Assembly (NCBI GenBank): GCA_043228905.1 | Contig: JBHGNT010000004.1 | Span: forward strand, 6,200,001 to 6,264,000 | Length of the DNA: 64,000 nucleotides | Source of the DNA: Azolla caroliniana | Lineage: Eukaryota; Plantae; Polypodiophyta | Reading direction: 5' to 3' | Shown here: positions 1 through 11,637 of the stretch, in pieces | Layout: each line of letters opens with the position of its first letter | Numbering within the stretch: position 1 is the first letter of the stretch | Notes under the pieces: model-generated | The model's database searches: none | Told to the model about the DNA's origin: nothing | What the model saw: the letters and a program-made list of their open reading frames with translations, nothing else | Position numbers and translations under genes: made by a program

Positions 1-736
1 TTAACGGGTCCCACCGGTGACACCTCCTCCGGTTCTGGGAGCCGTTTCTTCCCTTTCGTCGCCTTCGACGCCAGCAGCTGCTGTCGTTTGGACGCGAGTT
101 TACTGTAACCGAAGAGATTCCTCCGCGACTCTCCGGATCTTGTTGGAGAACGAACGATCCGAGCGAATTTCGTGCGCTGCTTGCTGGAAAGTCTCACGCC
201 GTCTTTGCCGTTCGGCGAGGCGTCGAGCTCGGTCTGTAACCAGGTCGTGCGTTGGTCTCGTCATCCATTAAGCCGTCGTTCGCTGCGAGAAAGCAGGAAT
301 CGTGGTCGCCAAAACTGTGTTATTCTCTGACCGGACAAGGCCTAACACAAGGTGTCACGGAGACACTTCACCAAAGGGTGATTACGGCATAGGATTAAGA
401 TTCAACGATTACACCGACTTACGTAGGTTACACGATTAGAGTGCTTTGGTTAATTACACGCGTAAGATATAACAGTAATTACAAAACGGAAATCAACACA
501 GAAGTATAAACACCATATGCTCTATTAATTATCCGCTGCGATTACAATGGGGTCCGGGCCTTTAAATAGGTTTCCGGCCCGTAGTACAAAACGGTGCCTA
601 TCGCACCTATTCGGGATCCGTCCGGATCTGGAACGGCATACCGTTTCCAGTCCGTCCGTCCACACTATGCTTATTTACAACCATACTTAATTAATTCCTT
701 CACTCCGTATTTTGGACTCCTTGCCGGCCGGTAACA
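1..736 (-). mobile_element. 5' end of a Ty3/Gypsy (Tat-like) LTR retrotransposon inserted into Copia A; continues beyond the left edge
   Basis: LTR 318-736 bounded by TGTTA...TAACA. On the minus strand it is followed by TTTTGGCGACCACG (tRNA-Arg-type PBS, ~301-314) and an ATG at 268. It interrupts the Copia A frame at ...TKESS|, where a protease W-x-x-DSG motif would be expected. Confidence 0.7.
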
Positions 737-1656
737 CTCGATTCCTTAGTCGTATGCAGAACTTCTGATTCGACTAGATTCTCTATGGACAATATGTTCG
801 GGTCGGTCGTCAATATCTCGACTGAAGAGCCAACGTAGTTGACTTCCTCATGTCGGTTACTCCTCTGATCAACTCTCTGAGCTTTGTTTGTCCTTGACTT
901 GAGTACCCGATAGTCGGCCTTGATGTGTCCCGGTTTCTTGCAGTAGTTGCAGATTCGGGTTTCCCGGGACTTGCTGCGCCTTCGCTGATTTGTCGGCGGT
1001 CGGGAAGAGCTTCTTCCCCGGTTGTTCGATCGGTCGGTCGAACCTTGTACTACATAGGCTTCTTCTGCCGAGTCTTTGGTGAAAGACTTTCTCCGAGCTG
1101 CTTCAGTCAAGATTGCACTTGTGACTTCGGAGTACTTGATGGCAGTCGTAGAAGCGTTGCACACAGTTGTAACGAAGGTTTCCCAAGAGGAGGGGAGACT
1201 GCTCATGAGTATGATTGCTCTGAGTTCATCCTCGATTGTCGTCCCCTGTGACGAGATTTGGGAGCTCAAACTTTCGTACTCGTTAAGGTGTGCCTGAACC
1301 GAATCGGAGTCTTTCATCCGCAAGTTGTAGAGGTGTCAGATCAAATACATCTTCGTTGAGGTGACCTTCTTTTCGTAGGTTTCCGACAACTTCTTCCAAA
1401 GTTCGAAGGCTGTCGTGCACGATTGCACTGTGAAGTACACTGACTCCGACAGGTGCATTTGAATCGTGGCGCGGACGATTCTGTCCAGCTTCTGCCACTC
1501 ATTTGCCTTGTATATTTCTGGAGCAGTTTCATTATCAATCGGATCGATCTGACCCTTGACTATAAGATAGTCCTGCATTTGCTCCTTCCAAAAATTGAAG
1601 TTCGAACTGTCGAACCTCCTTAGACTCATTTCTGGTGAGCCGGATGTTGATGCCAT
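737..1656 (-). pseudogene. Copia A gag (UBN2-type gag plus zinc knuckle), one in-frame stop
   Basis: ORFs 1336-1656 and 700-1323 are in the same frame, separated by one TGA. Motifs FDSSNFNFWK, LMSSLPSSWETFV, CNYCKKPGHIKADY. Confidence 0.9.
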
Positions 1657-2467
1657 CAGATTTGGTTTCGGTTGACGAAGCTCGGTTCGGAGTTGACTAC
1701 GAACTTTGTTGGAGTGCAGCTGGTCGGCTCACCCGATATTGTTCTAGTCGGATTTGAACCCGAGTCGGTTCGGTTTTGGATATATGTATTGTTGAACTTG
1801 CTTGAATTGACTCCGGTAACTTGAGGGACATAACCGACTGGTCTCCCCGAATGTTGCCGAGTCGGAGTGAGCCCGGTTCGCTTCCGGATATATATGCCAA
1901 ATACCGATTATTGAAGCCGATTGTCTGGACCGATTCTGCTTCGGGTGACTGCAGTGACGAGAGAGACGGATCCAATTGATCCTCCCGAATGTCGATTAGT
2001 CGGATGAAGCACGAATTGGGGTTGTTGTCTTGAGACCGATCTGCACCGAGTGGTTACAACGGGCGGCGAGCAACATTCGATGACCTGTTCGGATGCCGTT
2101 TAACCGAGTGGGGCACGATCGTGTCAATGTTGCACAAGGGGATTTCACCTCGAGCGGTTACGATCACGAGGAACAGAGTACAGCCGGTTGGATTGCTCCA
2201 AGCGAAGATGATCTAACGCGATGAGATGCAAGCCTCGTTTTTCTTCTTCTTCTCTCTTCTCTGTTTCTTCAAATACAAAACAGAAAAAAGAAGGAATGTT
2301 GTGATCCAAAGATTCGAATGGCGGCCGGCAGCGGGATGAAGGACATCCAAGCTCTGATACCAAATGTAGGGAATGAACAAGGCCGTCAGTGCGGAAGAGA
2401 TCACACAGTATGATACTGTGAGGAAGAAAATACCTGCGTATGAGAAAGGCAAGAACAAAATACGTAC

Positions 2468-2502
<35 letters not shown>

Positions 2503-2702
2503 CACAAAGAATATATATCTATATTCACAAAAGGGCAACAACTCTATCAATGAACATCCAACCTTTACAAAAGGTTGCAAAGTCACTATATATAGTGACT
2601 CACTTAGGGCAACTGCCCTTTAAGTTATTTACAGAAATAGCCCGAACTTGGGCTCTCTAAGAGGATACTGTGAATACGTCCATTATACATTTGTATTCGA
2701 CA
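737..2702 (-). mobile_element. Copia A, 5' part (5' LTR, PBS, 5' UTR, gag), inserted in the 3' LTR of Copia B
   Basis: LTR 2365-2702 (TG...CA); PBS TGGTATCAGAGC (tRNA-iMet) at 2351-2362; gag downstream. Sequence after 2702 matches the Copia B LTR near 14296-14400. Confidence 0.9.
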
Positions 2703-2762
2703 GCTAGGATCGTAGGCCTCTAATGGCCTACTGGCTCTCCAAACTCACTCTCGATCCGATAT

Positions 2763-3456
2763 GGGCCTACCCGATCGGTCTTCACCCGATCCAGCTGTCG
2801 GCTTGTTCAACCGATCTGGCCCATGTTGAGCTTGCTTCTCAACACTCCCCCTCAAGCTCAACTTGAGGTTGCTTCTGCTCTGCCAATTTCTTGCCTCGGC
2901 TTCTCTTGGCGTCTTCACGCCTTGCTCGCGCTCCGTGTCGGGTCTGGTCTCGCGTTCCATGACCCCACCGGTCCTGTGCTTCTTGACCCATCCAACTCCG
3001 CCCATCTCGACCCCTACGGTCAGCTTGTCTACTCATCATGCAAATCTCAGCTCCTTCAATGTTGTGACATTGGCACTTCTCAACCCGTCGGTTCCTTTGT
3101 GTCGGCACTGGGCCTACCTGATCGTTCTTCACCTGATCTAGTTGTCAGCTTGTTCAGCCGATCCGGCCCATGTTGAGCTTGCCTCTCAACACTCCCCCTC
3201 AAGCTCAACTTGAGGTTGCTTCTGCTCTGCTGGTTTCTTGCCTCGGCTTCTCTTGGCGTCTTCACGCCTTGCTCACGCTCCTTGTCAGGTCCGGTCTCAC
3301 GTTCCACGACCCCACTGGTCCTGTGCTTCTTGACCCATCCGACTCCGCCCATCTCGACCGCTACGATCAACTTGTCTATTCATCATGCATATCTCAGGTC
3401 CTTTGCTATTGTGACATTGGCACTTGTCAACCCGTCGGTTCCTCCGTGTCAGCATC
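2763..3456. repeat. ~347-bp tandem duplication spanning the PPT/3' LTR junction of Copia B
   Basis: TGTTGAGCTTG..TCTCAACACTCCCCCTCAAG occurs at 2824 and 3171; the paired ORF translations are near-duplicates. Confidence 0.9.
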
Positions 3457-4700
3457 AACTTCTGTTGCCTTCCTGTCCACTTGGCCTTCACTTGATTTGG
3501 CTCGTCAGAATCGAACCACTCGATCAAATCGACTGTCTCTGATTCGCCATCCATCTTCAATACCTTGACCACATCCGACCATGTCTTGATCCTAGTCTTT
3601 TTCTTCAAGTCGGCTTTGTCCTTCTTGAATTTGTCGCCTTTCCTGTTTGTTTCGAATCTATCAGATGCATCGACTTCTTCAATTGATTCAACATCTTGTT
3701 CTTTTTCGGCTTTCTCCTATTGCACTCCCCTTTTTTCTTTATCTGTTCTCCCCCTCAAGTGTGGCACGTCGAGATATTGTAACCCAAGCATCTTCGAAAA
3801 TTGTTGCAACTTGTCCGATACGAGCACTTTATTGAAGATGTCGGCCACCTGTTGATCGGTTCGAACATACCGGATATCAACCTCACCGCTTATGACCCGC
3901 TCGCGCACAAAGTGATAATGTACCTCTATGTGCTTTGTGCGAGCATGGAACACGGGGTTCTTGGCCAACTGCATGCTACTGATGTTGTCATAGTAGATCA
4001 GGATCAGAGTGGGAACTTCGATCCGTAAGTCTTGCAGCAGTCGTCGGGGCCATATAGCTTCACAGGTCGTGACGGTGCCTCCTCGATATTCAGCCTTAGT
4101 GCTTGATAGGGCCACTGTCGGCTACTTCTAGCTGCTCCAAGCTATAAGTTGCGCTTCCAAGAGTGAATATGAAACTTGATGTCGATCGGCGATTCGACGC
4201 ATCTTTGGCCTAGTCGGCATCCGTATAGCCGACTAATTGTTCTGCTATACTGTGTCGGTATAGTAGTTCTCGATCCTTCGTGCCACTCATATATCTCAGT
4301 AGTCAATGCACTTACTGAAGGTGCTCGATGGTCGGTCGCTGCATGAATTGAGTAATCACCCCGACCGGATAACTAAGGTTAGGCCGGGTGATGGTTAAGT
4401 ATATAAGCCTTCTGACAATTTGTGGATGTGGATCACTTTGATCACTTTCATCCCGAAGAAGTAGTGAAGGTGCCCCTTCATCTCAAATGCGTCTGACAAC
4501 TAAGACTTTACTCGGCCGATTTCAACGAGGTCGGGTCTGGTGACAACCAAGTCGTCGACATATAGTAGAATGCAAACTAGACCCTTCAGACCTTTCCAAA
4601 TGAACGAGGAAGTGTCGGATTTGGAGACCGCAAACCTCATCTTACGCAATCGATGCGTGATCTTCGAGTTCCAAGCACAGGGGGGCTTGCTTCAAGCCGT

Positions 4701-5631
4701 TGTCGTGGGGAATTCCGTCTACACAAAGAAAATTCGTCGGATGCACGTGAATGGGGGTGTGTGTGAGTGCACACAAAATTTGTCTTTATGAACAAAGGTG
4801 TATAAATATCTAGGACTAAGAAGTACTAGGTAGTGAGACTCAGATGGGTACTTTAATGTCCCATGGAAGTAAGGAATAAAATATATGATGTGAGAGAGAA
4901 TCAAGGGGGAAAAGCTGGCAGAAACGGTTGTCATTAATCGTGATGTAACGATGTAACGACCTCCCCTTGTTCTATAAAAGGGGAGGCTCTGCACTGTGTT
5001 AGGGATTCACGTTTTGGAGAATGAAGTGTTGCCGGACCGAGCTTTGCAGATTTTTGTTTTCTCTCATTCTCTATTTCAGTTTCTGGTTGTGCTGTGAGGC
5101 CTCCGTTTTGCATTGGTAGCCCGTGTGCTCCCAATCGGAGGCTCACCAACGTCAGTGTGTGTGAGTGTGAGGAGTTAGTAGCATTGTTGTTGGCCAAGTC
5201 TAGTTGTAACTCTTTCCCCATTGATTAATATATTATTTTGTTATCTTCATATTTTATGTCGTCTTCATTTTTGTAGTGTTCTTGTCACCTTCCCTTCTTG
5301 CTTGTGTGCGCATGCCCAAGTGTGTGAGCTCGTGAGCTCATTATTCGTTGTCTAGCGCTGCTCCAGAACCAATAAAGCATGTTGCCCCGTGCACGCACCA
5401 TAAGGCAACCAGAGACCGGTCTGGTCCGGATACTTGTCCGGACTGCGCTTTGGCGAACTTATCTAGGAACTGAACCGGGTAATCCCTTTTCCTTACCAGC
5501 TCCGGAGCTGTGCTCTAGAGACAATCAACCAGACACTGATCCGGATAATCCTTCTTCCGTTACTGGCAGCTCGGTCTGAGACCCTGATGGTCCCACCCCG
5601 TTCCAACACATCCACGCAGAAATCCATGACA
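4701..5631 (+). mobile_element. Solo LTR (TGTCGT-end family), 4-bp TSD, inserted in Copia B RT
   Basis: Ends TGTCGTGG...CCATGACA; flanks CCGT (4697-4700) and CTGT (5632-5635). Removal restores RT '[11 protein letters not shown]'. TATA-like CTATAAAAGGG near 4972. Confidence 0.85.
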
Positions 5632-5752
5632 CTGTAAAGCGACTTCTTCAGTTGACATACTACCGACATGTTCACCTCCGACTAAAATCTGGGTGGTTGG
5701 ACTATGTATACTTGTTCTTCAAGATCTCCTTGAAGAAACTCATTCTTCACGT

Positions 5753-8700
5753 TGTCGTGAAGATTTCTGGCAATGGTAAGAAAATTGGGTACGACGAATA
5801 AAACAAGGATGTGCAACGACTTGCACATGCACAGGAGAAAATGTGTATAAGAATAAGAAAGAGGGAAAATTAAATGGGAAGGGGCACCTCTCCCCTTGGG
5901 CTATAGAAGGGGAAGGGTGCTCAAAAGAGAAGGGTCACCCCATTTTGGTGAGGGGGAGGTGCACCATGTAGATCTAGGGTTTCTCTTTCTTCCCCTTCTT
6001 TAGGGTTTGGTAGTTTTGTTGTTCTTCTTACTTTCGGGGTTCTTCTTTGAGTGAAGGTTTAGGGTTTCTTTTGGTTCTCCTCTCTCTTCTTGGTTAGGCT
6101 TTCAGTTGTTCTAGGTTTCTTCTTCTCCCTATTTCGGTTTTAGGGTTTTGGGTTTCTTCTTCCTTGTCATCTTGAAGAGTAGATTTAGGGTTTCTTCTTG
6201 TGGGTTTTGGGTTCTTCATTTTCGTGTGAGTTAGGGAGGGTCATGGTAGGGTTTCAGGCGTTACTCTCTTCTTCTTATTTGTGTGAGAGTTTGGTTTGTT
6301 TTGGGGTTTCTACAATGGCGGCTCTTTCGGTATTCCGGTGGCAGCCTTCTCAGTGGTTTGGGCGTCCTCTCCTCAACGGAGAGCATTTGGTGCGGTGGAG
6401 ATTTTGAAAAGAATGGCGTGTGGAAGCAATATAGGAAACTAAACAACAGAAAATGCAGGTTTAATGGAAAGCTTAGGTTTGCATAGTACACACGAGAGAG
6501 AGAGAGAGAGAGAGAGTAAAACACAAGAACTTAATTCAAAATAATGCTCAATCTATACATCGTGTGTGTTCAATGAACACTTTTATACAAGTCCTTTTCG
6601 GACTGACAAAAGTATTGATAGTACTTCATTGCTCATTGAGGAACCCCTACACTAACTCCCAAATATATTCCTTGCGGAATATCTTTTCGATGGCCTCTCG
6701 GTTTCTGCACCGATCCGGCCTTCCTACGCACTGGTCTGCGTACCGGTTTCCAACCGATCCGGCCTAACCGATTGGTCCCAACCGATCCGGTCCTCGGCTT
6801 GCTCAGCCGATCCGGCCGATGTTGAGCTTGTCTCTCAACACTCCCCCTCAAGCTCAACTTGAGGCTCTTCGGGATCTTCCGGATCACCGCTCCGGTTCCT
6901 CTTGGCTCCACGCCTTGCTCGCGCTCCTCGGCCTGTTCGACTCCGCGCGCTTCGACCCTTCCGGTCGGCTTGTGTGCTCCCATGGCCCTTCACAGCTCTC
7001 TTGCTGTCACGGTGTTGGCGCCTCTCCTGCTGCCTTCTTTTCCGCTTGGCCCTCAGTTGATTCAGTGTATCTGAATCAAACATCCGAACCGACTCGGCTA
7101 CCTTCGATTGGTTTTCGCTCTCGTCCGAGTTGGCTGTCTCCAACTCATCTTCGGTCTTCTCGCCCTTGACGGCGTCATCTCCCCCATGCTTGATTGGCTT
7201 CGGCTCTTTCTTTCGGTTGTTCCCCTTATGTCCACTTTTGGACTCTTCCGCGGATCCGCCCTCGGCTTCTACAGCCGATCCAAAGTCAAATTCGTCATCC
7301 GACTTGGCGTCGCGGTCTTCTCTCCCCCTTCCATGGTCATTCGAGACATCTCTCCCCTTGAAGTTCGGCACGTCGAGGCGACGCAACCCAAGAGCACCCG
7401 AGAATTGCCACAACTTTTCCAGACCAAGAGGCTTGGTGAAGATGTCGGCGGTCTGCCGATCCATCCGAACATACTGAAGTTCGACTTCACCAAAAAGGAC
7501 ACGCTCACGGACAAAATGGTAGTGCACCTCAATGTGCTTGGTTCGTGCATGGAAAACGGGGTTCTTCGCGAGCTGGATGTTGCTGAGGTTGTCGCAGTAG
7601 ATCGTTGTCAGATCGGACACCTCCTCTTGCAGGTCCTTAAGTAGCCGCTTCAACCATATGGCTTTGCATGTCACGATAGCCGCTCCTCGATACTCAACTT
7701 CGGTGCTTGACAGTGCAACTGTCGGCTGCTTCTTGCTACACCACGCGATCGCGACACTCCCAAGAGAGAACGTGTATCTAGACGTGGATCGCCTATCGGC
7801 GGCATTGCCAACCCAATCAGCATCGGTGTAGCCGACCAACTGCGAGGCTGTACCGGTCCAATATAGCAATCCCCGGTCCTTAGTGCCGCTTACGTACCAC
7901 AATATGCGTTGCGCACACGGGCTTGCTTCAGTCCGTAAAGGGACTTCTTCAATCGGCACACTGTCGATGTGTTCGTTCCGGAGTGAAATCCGGGGGGTTG
8001 TACCATGTACACCTGTTCCTCAAGCTCACCTTGCAGGAACGCATTCTTTACATCCATCTGATGCAAGTGCCACCCCTTTGTCGCAGCTACCACGAGCAAA
8101 ACACGAACGATCGTCATCTTCGCGACCGACGCAAACGTCTCATCACAGTCGATGCCGTGTTTCTACGCGTAGCCTTTTGCCACTAACTGGGCCTTGTATC
8201 ATTGAGTCTCCACTACTCGCCGACTCTTCATCGGACTGGTTGAACCGACTCAGTCGTCCATGTGGTCCACTTAAGTGAACTGAAGTCGGACTCTCTTCGC
8301 GGGTCCCGATTTCAGGCTCATCCGGAGGCATCTCGGCCTCGCTGACGTCATTGTCAGAACTCGGATTGGAGGTGAGGTCCGGAGTCGGAGGCAAGTACTA
8401 GGACGCGGACTCGTCAAACACAACATTGCGGCTCACGCGCGCTTGTTTGGTGCATGGGTTATAACACTTATAACCCTTCTGCTTGTCTGAATAGCCGACC
8501 AAGATACTCTTCTCGGCCTTTGCGTCCAACTTCCTCCATTTCTCCTTCGGCACATGCACATACGCAATGCTACCGAAAACTCTCAAGTGTCGTAAATCCG
8601 GCTTCCTTCCGAAATATAGCTCATGCGCCAACACTTTGTCTCCGATCCGGTTCTGGATGTATACCGCGGTCCTTACCGCCTCGGCCCAGTAGAACTTGGG

Positions 8701-11637
8701 CAAGCTCTTCTCCTCCAGCATTGCCCGTGCCGCTTCCACAACCGACCGATTTTTCCTCTCGGCCACGCCGTTTTGCTCCGGCGTGTATCTACAACTGAAT
8801 TCGCGCCGAATTCCCATATGTTGTAGATAACCGTTGAATTGACCGGAAAAGTATTCTTTTCCGTCATCCGACCGCAGAAACTTGATCTTCCTTCCTGTTT
8901 CCGTTTCCACGAACCCTTTAAGGTCCTAGAAACAGTCGAAGACTTCGCTCTTCCTCTCAATGAGGTAGATCCACGTGTGCCGCGTGTAGTCGTCGATGAA
9001 GGAGACAAAATATCGGCTCCCGCCAAGACTAACGTTTTGTGTTGGCCCCCACAAATCAGAGTGTATCAAGTCGAGCTTGTTCCGGCTCCGGTTATGCTCA
9101 TTGGGGAAAGGAAGTCGGTGTTGCTTCCCAAGCTGGCAAGCTTCACAAATTTGTGCCTTCCGGCCACTAAATTTGGGCAATCCGAACACCACCTATTTCG
9201 ATTGCAGGTCCTAAAGCCGTTGGTAGTTGACGTGGCCTATCCGCTTGTGCCATAAGTCGATGTCTGACTCGACTTTTTGTCCCTTCGCGAACATTGCGGT
9301 GCCACCGTCAGTAGAGTCGAGGATAAACATCCTCCCATCTTTGCGCCCTTGTGCAATAACACGACCTTCTTCCTCAATGAAGCACCCGAGGTGTGTAAAC
9401 CGGACCTCCATCCCTTGGTCGACGATTTGTCTGACCGACACCAAATTCTTCGTGATTGTCGGAACGTGTAGCACGTTCATGAGTTTCCCTTTCTGCCTGA
9501 CATGGCTCAGGGGAACTTCTCCTACATTCGCGATCGGATGCTGAGTGTTGTCTCCGGTTGCGACTACTCCCGGTTGCATCAGTTTTTCTAGGTACGAGAA
9601 CCACTCCTTATGGCTCGTCATGTGATTTGACGCGCTGGAGTCGACGTACCACACCTCGTCCGATTTCGGGGTGGTCTGCTTCATTGAGTTTGCTTTGTGT
9701 CTCGTCACGAAGGTAGACACTTTTCCGGCTTTTCCGGATCCTTCGGCGTAGTGCGATCATTGCAGATTTCCTTTGTCGGTCTGTCCGGAACCTGTTCCGG
9801 ACCCGGTTCTCTCCAAATCGGCGTGCTTCTTCCAGCAATCACTCTCCCTGTGGCCTTTCTTGCCACAGTACCAGCATTCCGCGACAGATTTCCCTTGCCG
9901 GTTCTTGTCGCCTCAACTCCCCCTGTTTCTGGAGGGTCCGGAATTGTTGTCGGCATCATTTCGGTGCCTCCTTCCTTGATCTCGTCGGCCGCCTCCATTG
10001 CGCAACGATTTGCCTCGTCCTCCACGTCCATGGGGCCTATCTCCCTCTGTGTACAACATCTTGCTGTCGGTGTGCATGCTCGTTGACGCACCCGCATGGT
10101 TCTCCTCTACCAGGAGCATTGACTGTAAGTCGAAAAAGGACGACGTATTCTCCCGGGTACACACAGCAGTTCGGAACGCCCCGAACTTCAACGCCAAACC
10201 CCCGAGACAGACCTGGACCATCTCGCTTTCCTCAATGTTCACATCGATGGAGGCTAAGGAGTCGCATATGTCCTTGATCTTCGAGGTATAGTTAGCCACC
10301 GACAAATCGCGTTGTCGTAGGTTGCTCAACTCCTATCAGAGCTGAAGTTGGTTGTGGTGCTCGCCACGAAGATCTTCTTCAAATTTTCCCACGCACCCTT
10401 CGGTGTTTTTGCATCCCGAACGTAGCTTAATAGCTGTTCACCCACACAAGACGCGAGACAGTACAACACTCTACTCGCCGATTGTTCCCACGTCAGGAAG
10501 TCTTTGTGTGTCGAATCGGGTGTTGTGTCATTTGCTCCATCGACATAGCTCCAGTAACCGTGTCCGAGCAGGTACTAGTGCATCTTGTAGGACCAAGATG
10601 CGTAGTTGGTTCTGTCGAGCTTCTCCGTCGGAAGCGAGCTGGCTATTCCTCTGTCCATCGGTTTTCTTATTCTTCTTCGTTGGTTTTTCCTTCAAGCAAA
10701 GTCGACTGCAAAGGTTCTCAACCCTCGCGCTCTGATACCATGAAAAGAATGGCGCGCTCTGAAACCGAACAACAAAAAACACAGGTTTAATGGAAAGCTT
10801 AGGTTTGCGTAGTACACACGGGAGAGAGAGAGAGAGAGAGAGAGTAAAACACAAGAACTTAATTCAAAATAATGCTCAATCTATACATCGTGTGTGTTCA
10901 ATGAACACTTTTATACAAGTCCTTTTTGGACTGACAGAAGTACTGGCAGTACTTCATTGCTCATTGAGGAGCCCCTACACCAACTCCCAAATATATTCCT
11001 TGCGGAATATCTTTCTGATGGCCTCCCGGTTTCTGCACCGATCTGGCCTTCCTACGCACTAGTCTACGTACCGGTTTTCAACCGATCCGACCTAACCGAT
11101 CGGTCCCAACTGATCTGGTCCTCGACTTGCTCAGCCAATCCGACCGATGTTGAGCTTGTCTCTCAACAGATTTTGACAAAGGCGGACTAACTCGGCGGCC
11201 GGTCGTCGAAGGGAGACCAGACTGACACGAGAACACTCCATTGTCTTCGGGGCTTGACCAATGGTGGGAGTCGCGGTTCCGGTGGCTCACTCGACTCACC
11301 TTCACCGGTCTCGTTTAGCCCGTTGTTGTATCTCGTTTAGCCTTTTGTTGTACCTTAGCTTATTATTTGTAAAAAGCTACCAGAATCGTGGCATTAAGCC
11401 GGTTCATTGTAACCCATTTTTCTTGTATCATAAATCGTGTATATTCGTTTCCCAAAAAATTTGTCTAATCTTGTGCTTGATCCCTAACCACGGGTTAATC
11501 TTCATGATGGTCTCAGAGCTAATCGAATAGAAACCCTAGGTTTGTTTGAGGAAATGAACGCCGATGTGGTCGGAAGACAACGTGGACGAAACGTGACCTT
11601 CCCCCCACCAACTCCCTAGTCAAAGATTTCCACAACA
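5753..11637 (+). mobile_element. Solo LTR (TGTCGT-end family), split by Copia C
   Basis: Ends TGTCGTG...CACAACA; flanks ACGT (5749-5752) and ATGT (11638-11641). Removal restores RT 'HQMDVKN'. Own sequence is 5753-6404 plus 11174-11637. Confidence 0.82.
6405..11168 (-). mobile_element. Copia C, two LTRs, internal RT deletions
   Basis: LTRs 6405-6840 and 10741-11168; perfect TSD GATTT; PBS 10729-10740; PPT after 6840. Gag, WYVDSSASNHMT protease, integrase (TPEQNGVAERKNR), RT with deletions near 7920 and 8200, RNase H. Confidence 0.95.

Noticed and set aside
737-741. Eighth CG-centred target site
   Set aside because: Different LTR termini (TGTTA), CG is not central in the 4-mer flank (CTCG), and the other flank is outside the window.
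6835-7365. env-like gene after pol
   Set aside because: It is in frame with pol, hydrophilic, and has no signal peptide or transmembrane segment.
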